From NCBI GenBank assembly GCA_964632365.1, contig CAZWDR010000003.1, forward strand, positions 1-50,153: a DNA stretch of 50,153 nucleotides, written 5' to 3'. The position numbers and the translations under genes are program-made. The stretch is from an uncultured Steroidobacteraceae bacterium (lineage in GTDB: Bacteria > Pseudomonadota > Gammaproteobacteria > Steroidobacterales > Steroidobacteraceae). The notes under the pieces are model-generated. The model was given only the letters and a program-made list of their open reading frames with translations, did no database searches and was not told the DNA's origin. Below, one piece after another: positions 18,586 to 27,218 of the stretch. Position 1 is the stretch's first letter, and each line of letters starts with the position of its first letter.

Positions 18586-19721
18586 GTGGGCGGACCGGTC
18601 CCGGACGTCCCGACGGCCGCCGGCACCCCGGGCGCCGGCTCCACCTGCCCTGCCTCGCGCACCGGCGCGCCATGGCGCAGCTTGATGGTGCCCTCGATCA
18701 CCACGCGCTCACCGGCGCGCACGCCGGCGGTGATTTCGACGAATCCCGGCTGGCGGCGGCCCAGTTGCACCTCGCGCTTCGCGACGACGTCGCCCTCCAC
18801 CACATAGACGAACTGGCGCGCCTGCTCCGGCACCAGGGCCTCCTCGGGAATCACCAGCGCGGGGCGCTCGTCCTGCGACAGGTCGACGGTGAGGAACATG
18901 CCCGGCTTCAGCGCGCCATCGCGGTTCGGCACCGTGGCGCGCACCAGCACCGAGCGCGTGGCGGCGTCGACGCGCGAGTCGACGCTGGCGACACTGCCGG
19001 TGAACTCGCGCCCCGGATAGGCGGAGGTGCGCGCGCTGATCTTCTGCCCGGGCCGCAGCGCGCCCACCTGTGCCTCGGGCACGGCGAAGTCGACCTTCAT
19101 CGTGCGCGTGTCATCGAGCGTGGTGATCAGCGTGCCCGGGCTGATCAGCGCCCCCAGGCTCACCTGCCGCAGCCCGGTGCGGCCGGCGAATGGCGCGCGG
19201 ATGTAGGTATCGGACAGCCGCGCCTGCGCGGCCTGCACGCGGGCCTCGTTGGCCTTCATCGTGGCCTCGAGCTGCTCGTGCTGCGCGCGGGACAGTGCCT
19301 GGGTGGCGACCAGCTCGCGGCTGCGGTTGAACTGGCTGCGGCTCTCTTCATAGGCGGCCGTGGCGGCCGCGAGCTCGGCGGTAGTGGTCTCGCGGTCCAG
19401 TTCCACCAGCACCTGCCCGGCCGCGACGTTCTCGCCATCACCGAAGCGGATGGCGGTGACCATGTTGGTGGTCTTCGAGGTGATGTCCACCGACTCGTTG
19501 GCATTGGCCGTGCCGATGGCCTGCAGCCCGATGTCGAGCTGACGCTCGTGCGCCACGGCGGTGATCACCGCGATGGCAGCAGGCGCGGAGACGGCGCGCA
19601 ACGGCATGGCGGCATCGGGCGCCGCGGCGGAGGAATGCTTGGCCTCGTAAATGGCCCAGCCTGCGCAGGCCACCGCAAATGCGATGCTGACAACGGTGGT
19701 GATGGTGCGGGGGTCAGCCAT
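18582..19721 (-). CDS. RND efflux periplasmic adaptor (membrane fusion protein)
   Basis: ATG at 19721 (MADPRTITTVVSIAFAVACAGW, a TM anchor). The coiled-coil hairpin and lipoyl/beta-barrel motifs (IRAPFAGRTG, KVDFAVPE, LKPGMFLTV) are typical of HlyD_D23-type adaptors. Starts further upstream lie in lower-GC sequence that looks non-coding. Confidence 0.85.
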   Translation of the reverse strand: MADPRTITTVVSIAFAVACAGWAIYEAKHSSAAAPDAAMPLRAVSAPAAIAVITAVAHERQLDIGLQAIGTANANESVDITSKTTNMVTAIRFGDGENVAAGQVLVELDRETTTAELAAATAAYEESRSQFNRSRELVATQALSRAQHEQLEATMKANEARVQAAQARLSDTYIRAPFAGRTGLRQVSLGALISPGTLITTLDDTRTMKVDFAVPEAQVGALRPGQKISARTSAYPGREFTGSVASVDSRVDAATRSVLVRATVPNRDGALKPGMFLTVDLSQDERPALVIPEEALVPEQARQFVYVVEGDVVAKREVQLGRRQPGFVEITAGVRAGERVVIEGTIKLRHGAPVREAGQVEPAPGVPAAVGTSGTGPPT

Positions 19722-19796
19722 AAGCGGCGCATTATTGCATCCACCGCATGACATCAGACACCGGAAATCCGGTGCATCCGCCAACTGGCCCGGGAA

Positions 19797-20780
19797 CTAA
19801 AGCGGCGGCGGTCGATCCTCGTCCGCTGACGGCGGAGGCTGCAGCAGCATTTCGAGTCCCGAAGGTGCCGCGCCCTCGCCCACCCACAACAGCGCACTGC
19901 CCGGGGCGGCCACCAGCACGCGGCCATCGCTGCGCAACACGCGCCACGCGGCGGCGGGCTCCTCGGACCGGGACTGCAGCAGACCGAGGCGCAGCCAGTC
20001 CACCGCGGCCGCCTCGATGCAGCAATGGACCGCCGGGGTGCCGCGCCGGCGGTCCAGCAGCAGCGAGGCATCGTGTCCGGCGACGCCGGGCCAGAACTGC
20101 CGCAGCAGGTCGGCGAACGCGACTTCGCGGGATTCCGCCGCGACCTCGACCAGCAGCTGCGCCGCAGCGGCGCGGCGATCGCCCCGGTCCGTCGGCGCGA
20201 ACGCGGCCAGCGCGGCGGAGCGGAAGCCCGGACCCGAGGCGAGATGGGCGCGGCCACTGAAGGGATTCAGCGGAGTGGGCGCCGGCGGCCGGTCGATGCC
20301 GGCGGCAACCAGGTCGAGCAATGCATCCGGCGTCAGCGCGCCGCGCGCGTCCTGCCGCCATTCGGTCAGCCACGCGCCGACCGGCCCGTGCCGCAGGCCG
20401 GACTCCTGCGCTTCGAGGGCGGCGAACAGCGGCTCGAGCACGAGCACCGACAGGCCGCGTCCATCCACGATGCTGCGCGCGTCGAAGCCGGGCGCAAACC
20501 AGCCATCGGCGACACCATCGCGCACGCGCAGCAGCACCTGCGTGTCGGCGCCACCCGCCACCGCGGCAAGTTCATCGGCTGGCGATTCGAACTGCAATGG
20601 CGGAACGTCGCCACCGCGGACCTGCATGCGCGGTCCGGGCAGCTGCGCCGGCCACGCGCCATCGGCGGCATGCCACGCCCACGCACGGCGCCAGAAGGGC
20701 CAGTTGGCAGCCAGCGCGCCCACCCCGAGAGAAGCCACCACCAGCACGATGGCGGCCACGATCACCAGCACTCGCTGCAT
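19797..20780 (-). CDS. membrane-anchored hypothetical protein
   Basis: ATG at 20780 (MQRVLVIVAAIVLVVASLGVG, an N-terminal TM segment). It sits 75 nt upstream of the RND adaptor gene on the same strand. There is a weak pattern resemblance to the serine-hydrolase/beta-lactamase fold, without an SxxK motif. Confidence 0.5.
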   Translation of the reverse strand: MQRVLVIVAAIVLVVASLGVGALAANWPFWRRAWAWHAADGAWPAQLPGPRMQVRGGDVPPLQFESPADELAAVAGGADTQVLLRVRDGVADGWFAPGFDARSIVDGRGLSVLVLEPLFAALEAQESGLRHGPVGAWLTEWRQDARGALTPDALLDLVAAGIDRPPAPTPLNPFSGRAHLASGPGFRSAALAAFAPTDRGDRRAAAAQLLVEVAAESREVAFADLLRQFWPGVAGHDASLLLDRRRGTPAVHCCIEAAAVDWLRLGLLQSRSEEPAAAWRVLRSDGRVLVAAPGSALLWVGEGAAPSGLEMLLQPPPSADEDRPPPL

Positions 20781-20808
20781 CCGCACATGATACCGCTACA
20801 CTCGGCGG

Positions 20809-22281
20809 ATGCCGCTTCGCATCTGTTTCATCGCATCCGAAGTCGCGCCACTGGCCAAGACCGGCGGCCTCGCCGATGTCGCCGGCGCACTGACCAAGTT
20901 CCTGCATGCCGATGGGCACGATGTGCGGCTGTTCATGCCGCTTTACGCCCAGGTCGAGCGCACCGGTCTCGATCTTGCGCCAGTGCCCGGCCTGCAGGAC
21001 ATGCGGGTACAGCTGGGCGCGCACGCACTGCGCTTCAATGTGCTGGCCGCCCGGGTGTCTGGATCCGGCGCCACCGTCCATCTGGTGGATGCGCCGGCGC
21101 TGTATGGCCGGGACAGGGTGTACACCTCCGATGCCGACGAGCACCTGCGTTTCATCCTGCTCACCCATGCCGCGCTGCGCAGCTGCCAGCAGATGGCCTT
21201 CGCGCCGCAGATCCTCCACTGCAACGACTGGCACACCGGTCTTGCCCCGCTGCTGCTGAAGACGTCCTATGGCCGGGATGCGCTGTTCCGCGAGACGCGC
21301 AGCCTGATGTCGATCCACAACATTGCCTACCAGGGCAGCTTCGCCGCGACGCAAGTGGCCGACACGGGCCTGGGTGAGGCCGCGCAGCAGCTCGATGCGG
21401 AGGAACTTGCGGCCGGACGCATCAACATGCTGCGCGAGGGACTGGCGCACGCCGATGCCATCAGCACGGTGAGCCCGACCTATGCGCGGGAGATCCAGAC
21501 ACCGGCCTATGGCTATGGACTGGATGCGCTGCTGCGCCGGCGTGCCCACCTGGTCACCGGGATCCTCAATGGCGTCGACACCGATGAGTGGAATCCGGCC
21601 ACGGACCGGTACCTGCCGCGTCATTTCAGCGCCGCGCAGCCGGCTGGCAAGGCGGAACTGAAGCGCGAGTTCGCGGCTGCCCGCGGCCTCACGCTGCCGC
21701 GCGGCGGTCGCACGCCGCTGCTCGGCATCATCAGCCGCCTGGCCTCACAGAAGGGCTTCGACCTGGTCATGCAGGTGCTGCCGGCCATGCTCGAGCGCCA
21801 TGATTTCGTGTGCGGCGTGCTCGGCGCGGGCGATGCCAGGTACGAGGGCTTCTTCCGCGAACTGGCCGCGCGGCATCCCCGGCGCGTCAGCTTCCTGAAC
21901 GGCTACAGCGAATCCGAGGCGCACTGGATCGAGGCGGCCTCGGACCTGTTCCTGATGCCCTCGCGCTACGAGCCCTGTGGCCTCAACCAGATGTACAGCC
22001 AGATCTACGGCAGCATCCCCATCGTGCGGCGCACCGGGGGGCTGGCCGACTCGGTGACACCGATCGACGCCGTGGCTGGCAGCGGCACCGGCGTGATGTT
22101 CAACGACTACGATGCCGGCGGGCTCACCTGGGCCATCGAGACGGCATTGGAGGCGTTCGCGGACGCCGGGCTGTGGCCGCGCATCGTGGCCAATGCGATG
22201 ACACAGGATTTTTCCTGGGAGCGGCGCGTCGCGGAATACGTGGCGCTGTACGGCCGGATGCTGGCCGCGCCCGGGCACTGA
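20809..22281 (+). CDS. glgA: glycogen synthase (ADP-glucose type)
   Basis: MPLRICFIASEVAPLAKTGGLADV (KTGGL motif), HCNDWHTGL, MPSRYEPCGLNQMY. 490 aa. Confidence 0.9.
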   Translation: MPLRICFIASEVAPLAKTGGLADVAGALTKFLHADGHDVRLFMPLYAQVERTGLDLAPVPGLQDMRVQLGAHALRFNVLAARVSGSGATVHLVDAPALYGRDRVYTSDADEHLRFILLTHAALRSCQQMAFAPQILHCNDWHTGLAPLLLKTSYGRDALFRETRSLMSIHNIAYQGSFAATQVADTGLGEAAQQLDAEELAAGRINMLREGLAHADAISTVSPTYAREIQTPAYGYGLDALLRRRAHLVTGILNGVDTDEWNPATDRYLPRHFSAAQPAGKAELKREFAAARGLTLPRGGRTPLLGIISRLASQKGFDLVMQVLPAMLERHDFVCGVLGAGDARYEGFFRELAARHPRRVSFLNGYSESEAHWIEAASDLFLMPSRYEPCGLNQMYSQIYGSIPIVRRTGGLADSVTPIDAVAGSGTGVMFNDYDAGGLTWAIETALEAFADAGLWPRIVANAMTQDFSWERRVAEYVALYGRMLAAPGH

Positions 22282-22284
22282 GCC

Positions 22285-22728
22285 TCAGCGCAGCGGCAGC
22301 TCGCCGCGGTGCTCGAACGGAATCGTGCGCAGCACGCCGCGCGCCAGGTGCACGCGCCCCACCAGACGGTACTCCGGATTGCGCCCGCTGCGGTCGCCCA
22401 GCACGCGCAGCAGCGCGGCTGCGGCGTTGGCCGTCACATCCAGATTGAACTCGGTCTCGCCCAGCGCCGGCACGACGAAATTGCGCTCGGACTCGCCCGC
22501 AGCGAAACGCTCGCCCGCCAGCAGCACCTCATAGCTGATGCCGCGCACTGGAAGCTCCACGTCGTTGGGGTTCTGCACGCGCATGCGCACGCGCAGCTGC
22601 TGTTGCATCAAGCTGGCCCCGACGAGGCCGACTTCGACCACCTGCAGCTGCGGCGGCTCGAGGCGCATCGTCGCGCAGCCAGCGGCGAGCAGCGCCACAC
22701 CCAGCAGGGCAACGAGGCGCCGGGTCAT
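22285..22728 (-). CDS. LEA_2 (LEA14/NDR1-like, water-stress domain) lipoprotein
   Basis: ATG at 22728 overlaps the malQ TGA (ATGA). MTRRLVALLGVALLAAGCAT lipobox. LRVRMRVQNPNDVELPVRGISYEVLLAGERFAAG fits the LEA_2 beta-sandwich pattern. Confidence 0.6.
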   Translation of the reverse strand: MTRRLVALLGVALLAAGCATMRLEPPQLQVVEVGLVGASLMQQQLRVRMRVQNPNDVELPVRGISYEVLLAGERFAAGESERNFVVPALGETEFNLDVTANAAAALLRVLGDRSGRNPEYRLVGRVHLARGVLRTIPFEHRGELPLR

Positions 22729-24110
22729 GGGTCCGCGCATGAACGGCCGTAGAGGTCGTTGAGTTCGCGGTAGTGGCGGGCCATCGATGGGGTCAGCGCG
22801 CCTTCGGGCATGCGCCAGCTCCAGTTGCCGGTGGCCGTGCCGGGACGGTTCAGCCGTGCCTCGCTGCCCAGGTGCAGCAGGTCCTGCGCCGGCAGCACCG
22901 CCATGCGCGCGACGGATGACAGTGCGAGGCGGTTCAGCGCATGCGGCACTTCCTGGTCGGGGCGGCCGAGGAAGCGGCGCACGCGATCGCGCTCTTCGAC
23001 GGGCAGTTCTGCATACCAGCCAACCGTGGTGTCGTTGTCATGCGTGCCGGTGTAGGCCACCACGTCGGGCTCGTGCATGTGCGGCAGATGCGGGTTGCAG
23101 CCATCGCCATCGAAGGCGAACTGCAGCACGCGCATGCCTGGCAGCGCGAACTCCCGGCGCAGCGCCACGACCTCGTCGGTGATGACGCCCAGATCCTCGG
23201 CCACCAGTTCCAGCTGCGGCAGCTGCGCGCGCACCCGCTTCAGCAGCGCCCGGCCGGGCGCCTTGCGCCACTGGCCATTGCGCGCGGTCTTCTCGCCGGC
23301 CGGCACCGACCAGTACGCCTCGAGCGCGCGGAAATGGTCGATGCGCAGCACATCGAAACGGTCGGCCTGCAGGCCGAGGCGGCGGATCCAGAAGGCGAAG
23401 CGGTCGCGCTCGTGGGACTCCCAGTCGTACAGCGGGTTGCCCCACAGCTGGCCATCCTTGGCGAAGTAGTCGGGCGGCACACCCGAGACAGCCTCCGGCT
23501 CGCCGTTCGCGTCGAGCTGGAACTGGTCGCGGAACACCCAGGTGGCCACCGAGTCGGGCGCCACGTAGATGGGGAGATCACCGAACAGGTGCACGCCGCG
23601 CGCGCGCGCATGCGCGCGCAGCGCCTGCCACTGCACATCGAAGCGCCACTGCACATGCTCAAGCGCGCGGATGGGCTTGGCCAGGCGGCGCGCGGCCTCG
23701 TCGAGTGCACCGGGCTTGCGGTCGCGCAGCGGCACCGGCCACTGCCACCATGGCTTGCCGCCCTGGTCCGCGCTGATGGCCTCGAACAAGGCGTAGTGAT
23801 CGAGCCACTCCGCCTGCGCGTCGCGCCAGGCCTGGAAGTCATCCTCGTCGCCGGGATCGGGCGCGGCTGGATCGAGCAGCACGGGGTTGCCGGCGCGGTC
23901 CGTGCGCGCCCAGTAGGGCGAACCGGAACGGTCCACCGGCACCAGCGGCAGCAACTGCCAGACCGTGAAGCCGGCATCGGCCAGCCAGTCGATGAAACGC
24001 TCCGCGCGTCCGCCCAGCGCCCCGCCGGCATCATCTGCCAGCGCGGTGGCCGGCAGCAGCACGCCGGAGCGCCGCTTCGAGAGGATTTCGCCCTGTGGCT
24101 GCATGTTCAT
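22725..24110 (-). CDS. malQ: 4-alpha-glucanotransferase (amylomaltase, GH77)
   Basis: ATG at 24110 (MNMQPQGEILSKRRSGVLLP...). WQLLPL, FGDLPIYVAPDS, WGNPLYDW, LRIDHFRA, VAEDLGVIT, YTGTHDNDT. Confidence 0.85.
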   Translation of the reverse strand: MNMQPQGEILSKRRSGVLLPATALADDAGGALGGRAERFIDWLADAGFTVWQLLPLVPVDRSGSPYWARTDRAGNPVLLDPAAPDPGDEDDFQAWRDAQAEWLDHYALFEAISADQGGKPWWQWPVPLRDRKPGALDEAARRLAKPIRALEHVQWRFDVQWQALRAHARARGVHLFGDLPIYVAPDSVATWVFRDQFQLDANGEPEAVSGVPPDYFAKDGQLWGNPLYDWESHERDRFAFWIRRLGLQADRFDVLRIDHFRALEAYWSVPAGEKTARNGQWRKAPGRALLKRVRAQLPQLELVAEDLGVITDEVVALRREFALPGMRVLQFAFDGDGCNPHLPHMHEPDVVAYTGTHDNDTTVGWYAELPVEERDRVRRFLGRPDQEVPHALNRLALSSVARMAVLPAQDLLHLGSEARLNRPGTATGNWSWRMPEGALTPSMARHYRELNDLYGRSCADP

Positions 24111-25825
24111 GACCTGCGCATCACTCCACCGCCTTCGGGATTGCCATGGCCGACGCTGATTGGCTGTACGAGATGGGACGGCGGCTCGATGTCGAGGGAT
24201 TGATAGAGGCTGGTGAGCTGGTGGCGGAACAGCCGGTCGAAGTCCCGCACGGCCACGGCGGGATTGTAATCGCCGAACCACCAGAACCAGTCCGAAGCCT
24301 CGCAGGCCGCCAGCTGCATGCGGGCGCGCTGCTGCTGGGCCTGCGACAGGCGCCCGGAGGCCATCGCCTCATCGAAGGCCTGCTTGGCCTCGCACAGCAG
24401 ATCCCAGCCGCGGTTCTTGTCCGGATCGCCCATCCATGTGGACAGCGTGCCGTAGACCCAGGAGCCGGCACGCAGGCGTGGCAGCGTCGGCGGCGCCACG
24501 CCTGCCGCCCGCTGCTCATCCACACATTCAGACAATGTGGCGAGGCGGAGCCGCGGGTGGGTCGCGATGCCACGGTACATGGCATTGAGGAAGTACCAGC
24601 CATTGTGCGGATAGTGCTCCCAGGCGTTCTCGCCATCCAGCGCCACCAGCAGCACGCGACCAGGAGTGCCCGCGGTGCGCGCCTCGATGGCGGCCAGCTC
24701 ATGCACGAAATTGGCCGCCGCGTCATCGCCGTGCCACTTGTTGTAGGTGAAGCCGATGAGGTCGGACAGGCCATCGTGACGGAAGAAGCACGACAGGTTG
24801 CTGCCGGGCAGTTGCCAGGCACGGTTCACCAGGCGCTCGGCGGCATCCGGCTGCTCAGGCACCTCGATGCCCGACAACGCCAGCGACGGCGTCAGCACGC
24901 TGACGCTGGTGGCCAGGCAGTCGAAGCCCGCGGCCTCGATCGCGGCCACGGCGGATTCACTGACCGCGCCTTCGGACGGCCAGCAGGTGCGCGGCCGCTG
25001 GCCGAACACGCGCTGATGCGTCTCGACTGCCTGTTGCAGGTGCCACGCGGCACGCTCCGCGCCACCGGGATAGCCCGGCGAATGCGGCCGCGGCGCGTGC
25101 GGCTCGCCGTCGCGCGCGGCGCCGAAGTCGAGCAGCAATGGCAGGATGGGGTGACTGAACGGCGAGGTGGCCAGCTCGCACCGGCCGGCTTCGGCCAGCG
25201 CGCGATAGCGCGGCAGCACGCCGGCCAGCAGATCGCCCACCAGCGCCAGCAGTTCGCGGCGGTCCGCGGCATCGAAGCCGCACGCCTTCTGCTCCAGCCG
25301 CGCCGGCAACGGATGGTCGCGCCGCACCGATTCACCCAGCCATGCGAGGTGATACCAGACAGCCAGGTCATGCAGGAACTGGTCGGCGACATATCCGATG
25401 CGCTGCGCGTCGTTCACGCCATGCGCCAGGCTCACCAGCTCGGCGAATGCCGGGCGCGGACGGATGACGTTGTGCTCCTCGGCGCGCAGGCAAGACTGCA
25501 TCAGCGTCAGGCGCGCCCCGGGCTGCGTGGGCAGCGGCGCATCGCCGAGCATCGCGAGCATCGCATCGGGCAACGCGGCGCCGCGCGACAGGTGGGCGCG
25601 CACGGCGCCGGCGAGGTCCTCGATCTGGCCCACCAGCACCGGCGTGAAATTGACCACCGCGCGGGCACCCTCCACCTGCTCGAGGTGGGCGGCCATGTCG
25701 GTGTAATCCTTGATGACGTGCAGCCACGTCCACGGCAGCACATAGTCGCCCGAGAGCGCGTCGCGATAGGGCGGCTGGTGCATGTGCCAGAACAGCACCA
25801 CCGGCAGCCGCGTGTCGTGGTTCAT
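24107..25825 (-). CDS. glycoside hydrolase family 57 protein (possible glucan branching enzyme)
   Basis: ATG at 25825 (MNHDTRLPVVLFWHMHQPPYRD). GH57 conserved regions are present: HMHQP, GRCELATSPFSHPILPLL, WPSEGAVS, ALDGENAWEHY. 572 aa. Confidence 0.8.
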   Translation of the reverse strand: MNHDTRLPVVLFWHMHQPPYRDALSGDYVLPWTWLHVIKDYTDMAAHLEQVEGARAVVNFTPVLVGQIEDLAGAVRAHLSRGAALPDAMLAMLGDAPLPTQPGARLTLMQSCLRAEEHNVIRPRPAFAELVSLAHGVNDAQRIGYVADQFLHDLAVWYHLAWLGESVRRDHPLPARLEQKACGFDAADRRELLALVGDLLAGVLPRYRALAEAGRCELATSPFSHPILPLLLDFGAARDGEPHAPRPHSPGYPGGAERAAWHLQQAVETHQRVFGQRPRTCWPSEGAVSESAVAAIEAAGFDCLATSVSVLTPSLALSGIEVPEQPDAAERLVNRAWQLPGSNLSCFFRHDGLSDLIGFTYNKWHGDDAAANFVHELAAIEARTAGTPGRVLLVALDGENAWEHYPHNGWYFLNAMYRGIATHPRLRLATLSECVDEQRAAGVAPPTLPRLRAGSWVYGTLSTWMGDPDKNRGWDLLCEAKQAFDEAMASGRLSQAQQQRARMQLAACEASDWFWWFGDYNPAVAVRDFDRLFRHQLTSLYQSLDIEPPSHLVQPISVGHGNPEGGGVMRRS

Positions 25826-27096
25826 CCGACGCGGGTGGACGCCAGCAGCATCTCGGGAGTCACCAGCACGATGCCGCGCGGCGTCACGTCGAAGCGCAGG
25901 CGATCGGCGGCCGGGTCGACACCGATCTGCATGCCGTCTGGAATCTCGCAGTGCTCGTCGATGATGGCATTGCGCACCACACAGCGGCGCCCGATGCGCA
26001 CGCCAGGCATGATCACCGAACGCTCGACCTGGCTGTATTCGTCGACGCGCACGGCCGAGAACAGCAGCGACTCGCGCACCACCGCACCGGAGATGATGCA
26101 GCCACCGGCGACCAGCGAGTTGATCGCCATGCCGGTGCGGTTGGCGTCGGACAGCACGAACTTGGCAGGCGGCTGCTGCACCTGGTAGGTCCAGATGGGC
26201 CACTCCTCGTCGTAGACATTGAGCTCGGGCGAGACGTGCACCAGCTCGATGTTGGCCTCATAGAACGCATCGACCGTGCCCACGTCGCGCCAGTAGTTCT
26301 GCGCCTTGGTCCGCACGTTGCGGAACGGATAGGCGAAGACCTGCATCGTCTCGATGGCCTTCGGGATGATGTTGCGGCCGAAGTCGTGCGCGGAGTCGGG
26401 ATCGGCGGCATCTTCGGTGAGCAGGCGCTCGAGCAGGTCGGCGTTGAACACGTAGATGCCCATCGAGGCCAGCGCGACATCCTCGTTGCCGGGCATGTGT
26501 TCGGGCTGCTGCGGCTTCTCGGTGAACTTCGTGACGCGGTTCCAGTCGGTGACGGACATCACGCCGAAGGAACGGGCGTCGGGCACGGGCACCTCGACCA
26601 CGCCGACGGTGATGTCGGCGCCCTTCTCGACGTGGTAGGCGATCATCGGACCGTAGTCCATCTTGTAGATGTGGTCACCGGCCAGCACCAGCACATGGCG
26701 TGGCCCGTGGCTGCGCACGTAGTCGAGGTTCTGGTACACCGAATCGGCGGTGCCGCGATACCAGTGCTGCCCGATCTGCTGCTGCGCGGGGATGACATCG
26801 ACGAATTCGCCGAATTCACCGCGCAGATAGCTCCAGCCGCGTTGTACGTGCTGGATCAGTGACTGCCCCTTGTACTGCGTGAGCAGGCAGACCTTGCGGA
26901 TGCCCGAGTTCACGCAGTTGGACAGCACGAAGTCGATGATGCGGAACTTGCCACCGAATGGCGCAGCGGGCTTGGAGCGATGCTCGGTGAGGCCGCGCAG
27001 GCGCTCGCCGCGCCCGCCGGCCATGATCATGGCAAGAGTGCCGCCTGTGAGCCGGCTGACATAGCGGCCGGACGATGTGCGCGAAGCGTTGACCAT
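25822..27096 (-). CDS. glgC: glucose-1-phosphate adenylyltransferase
   Basis: MIMAGGRGERLRGLTEHRSKPAAPFGGKFRIIDFVLSNCVNSGI..., followed by a C-terminal left-handed beta-helix. 424 aa, true ATG. Confidence 0.9.
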   Translation of the reverse strand: MVNASRTSSGRYVSRLTGGTLAMIMAGGRGERLRGLTEHRSKPAAPFGGKFRIIDFVLSNCVNSGIRKVCLLTQYKGQSLIQHVQRGWSYLRGEFGEFVDVIPAQQQIGQHWYRGTADSVYQNLDYVRSHGPRHVLVLAGDHIYKMDYGPMIAYHVEKGADITVGVVEVPVPDARSFGVMSVTDWNRVTKFTEKPQQPEHMPGNEDVALASMGIYVFNADLLERLLTEDAADPDSAHDFGRNIIPKAIETMQVFAYPFRNVRTKAQNYWRDVGTVDAFYEANIELVHVSPELNVYDEEWPIWTYQVQQPPAKFVLSDANRTGMAINSLVAGGCIISGAVVRESLLFSAVRVDEYSQVERSVIMPGVRIGRRCVVRNAIIDEHCEIPDGMQIGVDPAADRLRFDVTPRGIVLVTPEMLLASTRVG

Positions 27097-27218
27097 TGCT
27101 CGCTATATTTACCACAGCCCGGTTGCGTTCATGGGCCGGGTTGGTGCCAGCACCTGCCTACATGCTGGTTCTCACCAACTACGACGCGCACCTCATCAGC
27201 AGCATTGCAGCGGAATCT

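Noticed and set aside
27097-27218. Possible internal promoter or attenuator between glgP and glgC (GGTAAATAT -10-like string and small hairpins).
   Set aside because: I found no convincing -35 or terminator structure, and the motifs are short. This cannot be separated from chance without transcript mapping.
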